DNA of 63,081 nucleotides, the filler included, from Basidiobolus ranarum (taxonomy: Eukaryota), in the NCBI GenBank assembly GCA_040143965.1. It is 8 parts of 8 records of this genome, joined end to end, with 100 filler letters (N's around TTAATTAATTAA, not from the genome) between each part and the next. Parts side by side here need not be neighbours in the genome. Positions count along the whole stretch, not along the records: positions 39,527 to 47,316 come from JASJQH010001063.1; positions 47,417 to 55,202 come from JASJQH010001064.1; 6 more parts are not named here. One strand, 5' to 3'. A model generated the notes under the pieces. It was not told where the DNA came from, did not search any database, and worked only from the letters and a program-made list of their open reading frames with translations. This document shows positions 39,720 through 52,868 of this stretch, piece after piece. Position numbers and translations under genes: made by a program. Each line of letters starts with the position of its first letter. Position 1 is the first letter of the stretch.

Positions 39720-41978
39720 AGTATTGGCATGTCGTCTTGATTAAATTTAGATTTGTAATAAAGTTTGCTGCATTAAATTATGCTAAATCTGGTTGTTTGA
39801 AACTTATCTCGTTCTTGCCTAAAACTGTAGAATCAAGGCGAATATCATTTCTAAACTTTTGTTTGTTTTCCAGTCATGGAGTACTTTTTGATTTTGCTAC
39901 TCATAATGAAAGCTCACCTCACTAGACAAACGAGAGAAATACATCAAATTGGTTTATTGCATATTGAAACAAATACCTGAAGTTATTAAGCATCATGTTG
40001 TCTGACAAGTGAGACACACATTACTAAAATATATCATAGCTGATGGTCGTCTAGTCTAGCCCTAAGCCTAATACTACATATAGATTGTATCCACCCCGAA
40101 GTAGATGTCTATATAATAATGCTCTGTCAATACTACTTCGTTTTTTATTGACCTCACAGCAACCCTTACAAATAGCAATTTAATAATGAATAAAAGAACA
40201 GACAAGGAGGATCAAGTGGCTGGAATCTGTTAAAAGTTGTCAACTGGGATCAACCGTTAGGAAAGATATCAGATATTGAGTTACGATGGATGGAGAATGA
40301 GAATACTCTTAAGCTGTAAATGAATGGGTTACTGACCTCATGAGCAATGCAACCAGATGCTACGGAAATTGAATGGCATTTCCGGTACAAAACACCAAAC
40401 CAACCCCCACCATATCTTACACACCTACTCCCCATTCATTACACTCGACCTTCACAAAGTTTCAACACCTCATACCTCCTACTCGTCTCAGAATCATCCT
40501 AAACGTTACAAAAGTAATCTTTATAAAATAATTGATGTACATGCAAAAATGAGCGTTAATAAGGCAACATTTTAATAGAAATGATAAATATTATAGGTTC
40601 AAAAGGGAATATTTGATATTTAAAGTTGCAAAACAATCTAGACTAATATTTAGTTTACTTTGATTACTGGAATATTTGCTAGTTAGGTGCTTCATAAGCG
40701 GTAAATATAAGGCTGGATAAAAGAAATTCTTCATGATGGATATAGAAAGCAAAAGTTAATTTGATCTCTCATGAAAACAATGTAGGATTTTTATTGCTTG
40801 CACCTAATCATAATATTTATCATGCAGTATAAAGAGTAATATAAAATTGAAATTTGGAACGAAAAGAAGCAAAGTTGTTTCAGTGCTGAGAATTCCCCTA
40901 ATATATTGAATCATGAATTGCATCAATTTTAGTTTAGCTATAGATATTTACTGTATCTCGCCTTAAAAGTTAACCATATTGGAGAGGAGCTACATCAGTT
41001 TGATCTATCGGGATCTAGTGGGTTCAGATAATACACGATCGCTGTGATGAAAAGTGATCAATTTGACTTTACAACCAATGAATGTAAAGTATCAAACTTA
41101 ATTGATTTATGCGAACCTTCTTACGTAGCTTAGAATCCATTCTCCATTTTCATTGGACTCTCGTTTACCGTTTATAAGGCGAAAATAATCCCGTGAATTC
41201 GATAACATACCGAGCCTAACCTAATGCATAACTCTCGGTAAGTTATTGTAATCCAAGTGAAACTACCTATTTCACTGGTGCGGGCTGTCGCGACATCACA
41301 CTTTTTTATTCCCTAACTTGGGATATCAGTGGTTATGATGTCCGTGAATAGAAGTTGTTAGTGGTTATATTACCTGACCTAGAGTGTGAAAATATTTGAA
41401 TGCTATGATGGATACTCGATTGTTGCAACTGCCTATCTCCGTATCTATGAACTATTAAAACGAACAGCTCTTACTTATTGGGCTTATCGGAATGGAATGG
41501 ATCAGGTCTACTCATATTCGCAGTGTCGGGGTTAACAATATTGGAAACATGGTCAAATGCAAAGATGATTTGTTAAAGAGACAGAATATCCAAGACGCAC
41601 TACGATTGTTGAACAAGTAGTCATGAATGATAACATACCTTCTTTAAACAAAATACTGCGTTATCATACTTGTAACCATCATACTTGATAAATAAGCCAA
41701 TAGCATCCTACCTTTCTCGAGTGAGAAAATTTCTTTTATTATCGGCAATTACGTTCAAGCAGTTCCGATTTAGGTGATGATAAATATGTGACATTGTATC
41801 TCAAGACGATAAAGATGGGAAGAAAGTCAAACATAAATGACTTGATTTAATTTCCTATCATTGGTCAATCAGAAGCAGTCACTTCAACCATTTTACAGTT
41901 ACTTTTAGAAAATAATGTAGCTATTATTGATCACAATGGCTGGCTGTGAACTGATCATAGTCATAGTTCATATTTCTA

Positions 41979-42150
41979 TTAAAGCTATGATACGTTATTA
42001 TTAATGCTATGATATATTCCTGTTAATGCTATGATACGTTATTATTAATGCTATGATATATTCCTGTTAATGCTATGATACGTTATTATTAATGCTATGA
42101 TATATTCCTGTTAATGCTATGATACGTTATTATTAATGCTATGATATATT
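41979..42150 (+). repeat. Minisatellite of two alternating 22-bp variants (44-bp dimer, about 4 copies)
   Basis: TTAATGCTATGATACGTTATTA and TTAATGCTATGATATATTCCTG alternate. Confidence 0.95.
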
Positions 42151-42321
42151 ATATTCCCACTTAATCTTGTGGTTAATACCATCGATGTCTACACTAGCTT
42201 GGACGGAATCATGGAATGTACCACTTACGTACATTTGGTCACTGACGGTTCCAGTATGCCTAGTAAGAGCCATCACACTTGATGTCATATAGATGATCAA
42301 AGCGAGGATATATGGTTTCAT
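42139..42321 (-). CDS. Small secreted protein or pseudogene whose ORF ends inside the minisatellite
   Basis: Signal peptide MKPYILALIIYMTSSVMA; TATAAATA on the minus strand about 50 nt upstream. Confidence 0.5.
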   Translation of the reverse strand: MKPYILALIIYMTSSVMALTRHTGTVSDQMYVSGTFHDSVQASVDIDGINHKIKWEYNIS

Positions 42322-44143
42322 TTTCAGAGATGTTGGAGGTGATGATAAAACAGTTGATCCAGTGACTATTTATAAAAAAATGGAAGTAAAAAACCTTCAC
42401 TATTTGTGAAGCAGAATCCTCATCCTAGTAAGAAACAAAGTAATTTAGAATGCTGCGAACCTTGTGTACGTTTATTCACTAAAAATGAATGAAGGTGCTA
42501 CAAGTATGGTTATAGACAATTGAGCATATTTATGCTGGGTATATTGCGTGCGATAACACTAAAAATAGCCATTTGTAGCAACACTTGTCATGTATCAACG
42601 TAATCAAAGCAGTTGTAATTACTATGATGATGTTTTTTGCTCTTACTACACTCAATCTATTCTTTGCTCTTCACAGGATCTTATTTGCTAGCCATGATTA
42701 CAAATGAAAAATTGCAAATGTAATGTCAAGTATTATTTCAAGTAAAGATATAACATAATAAGGTGTCAAGTATCATCGATCTTACATTTAGGCACGACTC
42801 AAATGGAGAGATGTGTTCAAGTGATGTCAAGGCTATGTTAATCCACCATTTTTACTTAAATAACTTGAACGATGTAAGGTTACTAACGTTAAAAACTCTA
42901 TTCCATCTGCTCCCATATCCATAATAAAAGTATCCAACGTGTCATTTGATATCAATTCTGTTGTATACGCTTTCACTCATTTCATAAGAAGCCAATAAAT
43001 TGATTACTACTCGGTACTTTACCATGACGCTCTCATTTTATGCAGATTCAATTAATTGAAATCTTCAAATTACTCACAAACTTAATTAAAAAGTGCATTC
43101 ATTATTTTCAATATCTTCAACAATGGAATCAAGTGATTAGTTTAGGCATTTGTTTGAAAATAAACTTTATGCTGGTATATACCACAAGAGTAAGTTAGCA
43201 CCAGCAATTTTATTTCCTTTTTGCAAGTGCATATATACAAATACGTAAATATATATGTATACTATTAACGAGTTTCAGTAGGATAAAACCCTGATTCCGT
43301 CCAGATTAGGCTCCAATGTCTAAATATTTGTTGTTAAAAGCCTTAGCTTATTCCCTCGTAGCCTTTTGGCTAATCTTAAGTAATAGCAACAGCTATAACA
43401 CTTTTCTCTAGGTCTTTTCAGCAGAGTTATTGCGATATCGAAATCCGAAGTCCAATTGTAATAGACTCCGTTCATTTAAGTTTGCAAATTTCCAAATTCT
43501 TCTTATTGAACACCCTACCTCATTCAACTGATCAATTACATTTACGTACGGGCCATTACAATACTTGCATTAGATATAATGGAATGTGTATTCTATTGAT
43601 ACCATTTAAATACAATAGAAATTTGAATGAGGAAGTAGATGCAAATGCTTCAATAAGTAATAGAAGTAAAAGTATTTCTCTCACTCATCATCCAGATTAT
43701 ACATAACGACATAGCCTAATCTACAGTAAGATCACTCACGTAGGCATAACTCTATACTGCATTTATATAATGCTACATTGATACAATCTCATAATCTGAA
43801 GTACCAAGCAAATTCATTTCCTTTCAGATACGCATTTACTACCGACTAAGAAGATAGTCCCTACGTGAAGTTGTGTCATTCTTGTGTGCATCCCTTCAGT
43901 AATATACTTGAATAGCCGTAACACGACTCATTTTGTCAACACTACCATCAGTACCACCATCACTAGAGTACTGATATTTATAAAAACCAAATACTCGGTA
44001 GGTTAGTATAAGATCAGTCTATATGCTAATAAATTAATAGATGATAATACATTGATCAGTGCTATAAGCTTGATATACCGCATTTCTCAATATAAATACC
44101 AATGAACATACATACGAAAGGACATTAACGAACACATACAAAT

Positions 44144-44527
44144 ATGCACGTCACATTAGGCCTACTTCTCACCTCGGTATTACTTGCTAAAGTTTCCGTG
44201 GCAGTTCCCTCAGGTAGATGCTCTAATCGTCATAGATAATCAATGTTATCAGAACAATCATATGGCAAAACTTCCGCTGTTGAACAACCAGAAAGTGTTG
44301 AAAGTCAGCCAGAGCAGGTTCCATTACTCAAGCAAATATTCACTACTGTAACCAGAAATTATAATAACTTGAATGATGCGAATATCAATGGCCAAGAAAA
44401 TTCTGGTGTAAAGTTTCAGTTTACTCTCATCAATACTAGCGTGTACATATACATTCGAAAACTTCATTTACTATCACAATGTAATTTAGCATATACGCAT
44501 ACTATCACACACAAACAAAAGCAATAA
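44144..44527 (+). CDS. Putative small secreted protein; 3' end uncertain
   Basis: TATAAATA at 44091; signal peptide MHVTLGLLLTSVLLAKVSVA; a short GT-AG intron (about 44214-44252) joins it in frame to ORF 44243. Confidence 0.45.
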
Positions 44528-47066
44528 CTTCATTCAGAATGGAAAGCAGCAAATCAATAGTCTGATAATGAAGATATCAAGTAAAGATGGAGGAGTGTAG
44601 CGGATGATTGTATGCATAAACACAAAGTAGAAAGTGATCATTACATATGAATATAGCTTCTACAATTGATATCAACAATAGTAGATGATGTTTTGATCCC
44701 AACACAATGACCATATTATGTATAGTACCAAGGTTAATATTTAATCGCTTTAAATTGTTCCAGGGTTATAAGTCGAAGAGAGTTAGGGGTTGTAAAAAGG
44801 TGATTCCATCACAGCCTACATATGCAGAATAGGCACAACATCTACATCAGCAGCACCAGTACTTTACCGGTATATTTGGGTTGAGCACTAAACGTATGCG
44901 AAAACAACTCAAAACTTTAGATGGTTACAATGAACTTAAGTGTATTGCAAGATACTTTTTCTTTAGTATAATGAAGATAATGTAATGAAAACATTACTGG
45001 CACAACTACTAGTCATTAGATATTGCACTGAAATTTGGATTAACTCACATAATATGCTCAAACACAAAAATATGAATAGAAATCCGAATTTGATCAAACA
45101 TTCCTTTATTCAGTATCGATTGCTGCTACATCGAATGATGGTCCACCAATACTCCATTGGCTGATGCTGGAAGGTTCAAGATTAAACTCTCTGCTGGATA
45201 TAATTGCGCAATGCGAACAACAATCTCCATCCACAACAAGTTGAGCAGGGAGCTTTGAGCCGGATACTTCGGTGGAGAACCTTCTTCGAGATATCGACAA
45301 GCTGAAGACTGAATAGCACAAATGTCGGATAATGGCTCCAGAGTGTAGTGGATATTTGTATACTGAATTTCAAATTGGAAGGGGTTTTTTGTAAGATACT
45401 ATTGAATGAGAGACACATTGGATTTGTATTTTACAGACTCTTACTATGTTTCGACTGGCATCGACAGTGCCAGAATATTGCCATGTCAGGTGTATCGAGT
45501 TTACAATTTATTCCTCAATAGCCACCAAAACATGTATATTGTTGAAACGCGTTATATGTTACCAAAGAATTCCATTATTAGGCTAAACAGTAGGCTGAAC
45601 AGTAAATTCTGGTGACTTCTGCAATCATTGTCGAATAATTGGTCCTGCTTCATTGATCTAAAGTTTTATAAATATCTTCAACACTACAATTGTTGTGTAC
45701 ATAAAGTCAAGCGAGAGATCAAAAAACCGAAAAACTGAACATAAAGATATAGAAGCTAATCCTTAAGGAGTGAAAAGTCAACTGCACTTGGATACACTTA
45801 GATACTTGATAACTAGGTTGGATAGTTGGATAGAAAGTAGAAATAGTGTCCAATTTGAGTTGTATCTTTGTTAGAACAGGGGAATAGTACCAATCTCGAT
45901 TAACTCTCTTGGTATTTATATTTCATTGAATGCTATCTTATTTATTTATTGCCCTAAATGCGAATATCGAGTTAAATATGGTTATTGCCAGCTGAGTTGG
46001 TAGACTTCCTTGTTTACTGAAGTCTAGAGAGAAGAATGCTTCTATATTCGGATTTGACTCTATTTTATTAGGGTTAGGTCATTGATGAACCTCCCTCAAT
46101 TAGACGATTATACATATTTGGATATAATACTATAGTTTGTTTAACTAATCAAGGGTTACTAAACAGTTGTTTATATATGAAATGTGAGATGATGGAAACG
46201 CAATAGTGGAAATTAAAGCCCAGAGATTATGGAATATTTGAGGACAGCAGATTCGAGAGTAGTGCATCGAAGGTTCTATCTATCTGAATAAACCAATCTA
46301 CTCCCCGCAACTGTGACACTAGTAATTTACCGGGATTTTTGGATTGAACGCTAGGGTATCAGAAAATAACCCGAATGTAGTTACGCTTGCTATACTATTC
46401 CAACGTGAAGAAAATAATGCTGACAATACCGGATAAACTATTGTTCATTAGCATGAAAGACTTCTTATCCATCTTCCCTTTATTTCGGATTGGTTATTGC
46501 TACACCGAATAATGATTCATGAAAACTCCATCAGTCGATGCACAAAGGACCAAAGATTGAAGTGTTTTCTCATGAAACCACATGATAACACAATAGGATC
46601 AATTTTTATCAACAGCAAAAATGAGTTGCTACCTTTGAGCCTCAGTTGAGAACCTTGTTCGGGTAATTAAAGACTTGATAACACAGATGTTGGACAATGG
46701 TTTTGTAGTGTAACAAATGTTAGTATGCTCAATTACATATATATAAGTATTTTTGACTGATAATCACACTAAAGTTGCATTTACATTTGCTGCAGTGATA
46801 CTATTGAATCACGATATACAAACATCGGGATTGGTATCAAGATCCAACTGGTGATATCCACGCGGAGGTAGGGTTATACTATACCAATACTGGTTGTATC
46901 GCGTTTTAGTCAGTCTCTCATTACAATCATTAATTACTTGCTCCCTTAATTAGTGAGAATGCAGTATCTTTGCGTGCGAACATTACCCAATAAAGATCCC
47001 ATTATCATGCGTTAAACATTTGTTAATTTCTGACTTTAATTTTCATTAGCATACTGCACTTAACAC

Positions 47067-47315
47067 TTACAAATTGATGGCTAGAGTTAAAACTAAAAGT
47101 TGAAAGATCCCAACCATCTTGATAGATTTAGAGATAGTTGGAATTGCCGCCGACTTTGATGAGGTAGAAGGGGTAGAAGAAGGAGTAGAGGTAGGGGCAG
47201 AAGAAGGAGTAGAGGTAGGGGCAGAAGAAGGGTCAATTATCGGCTGCAATGGGCTCGCTGTAGGGGAAGCTGATGGTACTACTGCTGTTGGACTAGATGA
47301 CGGCGTTGAGATTGA
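47067..47315 (-). CDS. C-terminus of a Ser/Thr/Pro-rich, probably GPI-anchored surface protein
   Basis: Frame open to the contig end; PSSAPTST repeats (24 bp), then SKSAA and the hydrophobic tail MVGIFQLLVLTLAINL*. Confidence 0.75.
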   Translation of the reverse strand, partial: SISTPSSSPTAVVPSASPTASPLQPIIDPSSAPTSTPSSAPTSTPSSTPSTSSKSAAIPTISKSIKMVGIFQLLVLTLAINL

Positions 47316-48089
47316 TNNNNNNNNNNNNNNNNNNNNNNNNNNNNNNNNNNNNNNNNNNNNTTAATTAATTAANNNNNNNNNNNNNNNNNNNNNNNNNNNN
47401 NNNNNNNNNNNNNNNNAGGAATATCTCTATATCTATATAACAAGTATGTCTTTTTACCCCCACTTATCTATTATATCTTATTACACAAACTCCTGAATAT
47501 CTCAAACAATTGACTTACTTCTCTACTATATAAGTCACCATGTTCTCTTAAGAATAAAGTAATCAAAAAATACTATCATAAGTAGCCTCTAATATACAAA
47601 GTCTATCCCCATTATGTCAAGATCCTCTGAATATGTAGCAACTTCACATATTGCCACGCCAATGTGATTAAGAGAGCAAGTAAAAGATTTAAGACATTTT
47701 CAAGGTTGCACTATATGAGCAGAGGTCTACAATAGCACATTAGAAATAAGCATAAGGAAGTACAATACCATCTTGTTGGCAAATGTGTATAATCTTAGTG
47801 TCATTCAGTTATTGAATGAAAGAATACAGGCGTATCTACCCGACTATTGGCTAAGAAATCTGATCAACAAAATCTGCAGGCTGATTTGTATTTACTTCCT
47901 CCAAGTAACCGTTCTAGAAGGATGATTAGATTATTACTAGATTAAATTTCACTATTATTGCAACTAGATTTGCCATGTATCAAAATCACACAGTTGTTTC
48001 GATTGCTTTCATTCATAATACATATCTGATTTTGAGGACTTCAACCTGACACTGGATATTAGCACAATTAATTCTCAGAGGTGGGGGCT

Positions 48090-50200
48090 GATCAAGCCAG
48101 TGGGACACGCGAATATTGAGGCGCTTATCTTATCTGACACCATATGCACACTATGTGGCACTCTAAAATGAAGAAAGTCTGCATGGGTGAGCAACATGAT
48201 GAGAGAGATGGATTTTAGGAACAGATTGCATTAAAATGGATTCAGAGAACGTTTCTGCCTAGTCAAAGAAAGTGCGCTTCCAGGATCTAGGAAAGATCAG
48301 AAGTAAGCGAACGGTATTTGAATCGTCTCAGCTGACATAATATTATTAGCATTAAGCTATGAGACTGACACTGATACTGAGTAGCCACTGTATTCATCTT
48401 GTGAAGTAACATCACCACCTGAGAGATGGAGAGCCTGTAATATAGTTGGAGAGTACGGGACAGACTGTATGGCACCTGCTGCTCATGTGCCGTCCTTGGC
48501 ATGTACGTATTTACTCATCTCAATGAAAAGGTTGAATGAGAAGAGGCTAATTAGGATGAAGACGAGATTAGGGCGGGCGTACTGTAAGTATTTCAGCGAA
48601 TCATTGTTATAACGATGTTCGAATCCGATTGGAATGGTTTTCTAACTTGCCAAACTCATTTTGGATTCAATACACATATTAAAAACATACCGCTTCATCA
48701 GGATGAAGCCCAGCAATCACATCGAACTAGTGTAGCAGTTTTGATTAGGTGCTCATCACAAGCATAATGAGAAAGTATCACTGCTCAGCCAAGTAGATCA
48801 TGCAGCATGATGACTCTCAAGTTAGTAGCCTCGATAAAACCATCCTGTTAAGTCAATACTTCATATGAGCATAGGATGGGAAGGAAAGTGTTTTACCTTG
48901 CTGGCCAAAAGCAGATGATGAGGAAATTATTTGTCCACAACCCAAGCATACATGTATCTCAGTAGAATCCAAGTAATTCGATGAGACTCTCATCAATATT
49001 TCCCGATGACAGTGTACATTCCGGATTAGTGGTGGCCCGACTAACTGAATTCTAGACTGATGCTACTTTGGGACTATGGCTTCCCTATCAAGATGATTGC
49101 TTCCTAGGAGAACCAAGAACAGTCGGCTTATTTGGCACATGTTTGTACAACACTAAAATGCATTATCCATTACATATGCTATCCATCCTATCAGTGCATC
49201 TCTTGTTAAAGACATGCGAGCTCTTCCCAATGCAAACTTTAAATGCCTGCAGGTTGATTTGGTCGACATTTTAGACCAGCATACAAGAATCCTCGGTATA
49301 ATCCATATGAAGTGCTCAACGCGTGAAACCAGAGACTTGGTCAGATGTATACAACTTGAACATGGTCAGTCATCTCAAATGGCATAAGACCAGTAGCCAT
49401 TCGCTTGCCTGGAAGTGATCTTACATGACAGCTTCAACACAATCAGTCAAAGCAATGCAGCTGCGGTTGTGTGAGTTGTATGTCTGAAAAGGCATGTAGA
49501 TTCAACTGTCAGAGTTTGGCACTGCTGATTAATACCTGGAAATTTGCCGATGAAGATTGACGGCTACGGCCTCAAGTGTGGTTGGAATCACTCATGCATG
49601 ATGACCACAATGATGGCTACAAACACGGCTCTGTCAATTTGGTTTCATTATGAAGATGCCTGATATAGTAAACAGGTAAATCTTTGTAGGTAAATATACG
49701 CATTTCTTTAAGGATTGATACACTTCAGGAATTCCTTGGTTGGTTGCAGTATATCCTAAAATTGGATTACCACTTGGAGCCTGTAGGATTATATTGCGGG
49801 TGCTATAGATCATCATGCAGAACAGGTGACACTTGCTCCAATGGCAATTGGCTAGCTAGAAGCCATCCTTCAATCACGCCATTGTTGGTACTTTTTTCAT
49901 TTGAAGAATCCCATGTAGCTTCATGCCTTGTCCAGATTGTTTGGTGGCTGATTGCAGATAGCTAGCGCAAGAAATAGAGATATGGACTTTTGGTTTGAAG
50001 CTGCCTCTAACAAATAGGATCAAACGGTTTTGGTATCTCAATTGCATTCAGAGTTAATAAGTAACATTGTATGGCATTCCATCATTTGTAACATGAGAAT
50101 CACAGGATAAGACACTATTATGATATTCTTTGTTCTTATCAAACTGAGGAATGCTAAGACATGCTGCGTTTTACTTGACTTCAATCTGGTACACCCGTTA
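48090..50200 (+). mobile_element. Degenerate DDE integrase/transposase element; boundaries approximate
   Basis: Frameshifted motifs in the expected order: HNDGY (49606), RLCQFGFI, LDYHLEPVGLY, NRIKRFW (50013). Confidence 0.5.
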
Positions 50201-50959
50201 CTGTGCAATACATTCGACGCGAATCTAGAGTCACTGGTCTATTAGGATTACCTGGTTTGAAATCTTCTGTCTTAGTGCTTGATCCCGTTGGAATGGCCAC
50301 GCTTACTGCTTATCCATCTGCTACCATCCTAACTTATGGATGAGTAGATGGCTGAACTTCGCTGTATCCCTCAAGAATCTTGATTGTGAAGCCGATTTTA
50401 ACCTCTGTTTTCGTCGATGCTAAGCCATAAATGGTTAGCACTAGTCCAGGAGGAGGCGGAAAAGGAAAGGAGCTAAAGCTAGCATAAGATATGAGCTTAC
50501 CAAACTGCGCATCTAAGACATGTCCCTAAGAAACAATGGGTATTGTGCTGAATTTAGAAGGCAACCCCATCAGAAAGCCATCACTATAGATGATTTGTCT
50601 AGATCACGTATAATGATCTTGTAACTTGCCTTTAAAGTTACTAAACAATTCGATGTGGTTCATACTCTCAATGCGCATCAATATGAAATAACGTTTCAAC
50701 TGGTCTTTTTCGGACGATTTCAAACGAATCCAATGTCTATTTCACACCAGATGTGACACGTATTAGCAAAGAAGAATCAACGTTTTTAATGCTTGAAGTA
50801 TCATACTTTGTCTTGTTTGATACTCCACTCCACTCCACGTAACTCGATTCTATGCATTGTTACGGTACTCACCATTATCGAATCGATCTCTATATTGGAA
50901 ACACTTGGGCGCAATCGTGGAGTTATAAAGACCTTCGCCACCCACTTTGAACTCCACAG

Positions 50960-51169
50960 TTGGCACCAAAAGAAAACATGGATCCCACTACTCAAGCTTT
51001 TTTGAATCCTGAATGTCGTGTACCACCCAAATCGGTACGCTTTAGTAGGTTCGAACGAGTCTATATAACTCATTCACCAGAGGAATACGACCGTACTCCT
51101 ATTTTTCCAAGCTGGACTGCCTCCCTAACAACATCACAGTCGTGCTCAAATCAAAACAGTCATCGGTAA
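50960..51169 (+). CDS. Small protein or last exon with a PP1-docking motif
   Basis: KSVRF (RVxF) followed by VYITHSPEEYDR, resembling the Bni4/neurabin PP1-binding segment. Possible splice acceptor CCACAG just before the ORF; internal ATG at 50978. Confidence 0.6.
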   Translation: MAPKENMDPTTQAFLNPECRVPPKSVRFSRFERVYITHSPEEYDRTPIFPSWTASLTTSQSCSNQNSHR

Positions 51170-51903
51170 TTCAAACCGTGCACCTACATATTTCTCCCGG
51201 AGAGAGTAGTTGTCCTAAACGGAGCATATTTTGTTAACGTATTCACCACTCCCCTTTAAGTTATGTTAAGACTGAGCTACAGTCCGTTTGAACCCCTTCT
51301 AGTATTGGTATATTTTTGAAGCGCACATGTACATATTAAATAAACCTCGATCAAGTTATCAAGAAACAATAAGAATATTGATACCTAGTATTGTCCAACA
51401 TATATTCGTTTGAGATGGTTGATATGGATGGAGTGATTCAGAGTAACGAACTTCCTGAAACTTGTTTCTACTTCATAACGATTAACTAGTGTTTTCGCAG
51501 TTTCTTCAACTGAGTACAATATCCTCGCACTTTATGACTCCATCAAAAGATTATTGTGTCACTATAATTTCCAGGAATTTACCACTATGTAAATCCACTC
51601 GGTCTAATGATTTGGAGCAACAAAATGCATCGGCCTCTTTATACTCTGTCTTGGGCCTTAGCAATCACATATCATTCCTTATTCATATTCACGCTATTCA
51701 ATCATACAACTGCTAAAAGAAAACTATTGGATATTCGTATACTTTCTGTAGAATATTTGCAGCTAGTTTAATATATAATGTCAATTTTACATCGTATGTA
51801 GATGAGGTTCAACATGGATCCGCCCTCTACAATAATTGGTAAACAGATGAATGGAATATGGCGAAAGTAATCGACACAAGATGGAAGAATTGGTAGAAGT
51901 CAT

Positions 51904-52263
51904 TCAGGAGCGATTTCCCTCATCACTTCCCATCTCCATGTGATTAAATAGGTCCTGTTTACGCTTCATCTCCTTTACTTCCTCTTCGTACTCGTGTGGC
52001 GAGATAAAATCGTCACTGCTAGGTTTTGCCGAGGTACTTGCATCATTATATGATTGGGTACCTGTGAAATCTTTGGTCTTAAGTAATGGGGCTTGATCAT
52101 TATTCTGTTGTTCTTTAGCTTGCTCCAGCATGGTTTCCATAGTGCCTAATGGATGCTTGGGTTCCTCAGTTTTGTTACTAAAATAACGGGTGCACCGAAC
52201 ACTTAAAAGTCGGCAAGTAACAGGTAATGAAAGTTGGGTTGAGATAGACTTAACAGGCAACAT
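51904..52263 (-). CDS. Hypothetical protein with a mitochondrial-presequence-like N-terminus
   Basis: Basic, acid-free N-terminus MLPVKSISTQLSLPVTCRLLSVRCTRYFS followed by a hydrophilic tail; 119 codons. Confidence 0.55.
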   Translation of the reverse strand: MLPVKSISTQLSLPVTCRLLSVRCTRYFSNKTEEPKHPLGTMETMLEQAKEQQNNDQAPLLKTKDFTGTQSYNDASTSAKPSSDDFISPHEYEEEVKEMKRKQDLFNHMEMGSDEGNRS

Positions 52264-52868
52264 GTTCAAAGGTAAGAATAATGTCCCCTCAGTGGATGTA
52301 CTGACGTATATATACTAAACACCATCACAAAGATACTGCATCATACTATAATGACATCAATACCTCGTGCGCTAGTGTTGACATCATCACCCGTACTCAA
52401 TCGGATACGTGATCACCCTCAACATGTACTTCCTTATTTTAGAGACAAAATCTAGATCTTCACATATAGGAAACATTGGTACTGTACTTAATTTAAATCC
52501 ATTTAGGTCAGTGATTGCGTATGGGAAATGATGGATCAATCCCAACATGATTTCTGGATTCGTTGGATATTTTGGTTCCGAAGATCGATGCTGGCACATG
52601 AGCACGTTATTACTACCTATCAAATAATACTGTGACTATAATGTTTATTATCCGACCAGGAATATTAGAACATTGTTGAATATATAAGATCCCAGTCCCC
52701 AAAGCACACACACTCCGAAGGCTCCAAATAATATTATCAATAGAGAATAGGGTCAAATCAGCTAAGCTATTTTAAAAGGATATCACTACCATTTTCTTGA
52801 CATGAAGTATGCTTTAAAAGCTAAAAACGGTAGAAATAATCCATTAAATAGATGGACAAAATTGAATA

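Noticed and set aside
41979..42150. CRISPR-like repeat array
   Set aside because: No unique spacers, eukaryotic context and no cas genes; it is a minisatellite.
48570..48640. GTTCGAATCC (tRNA T-loop/B-box-like)
   Set aside because: The flanks cannot form a T-stem or a cloverleaf.
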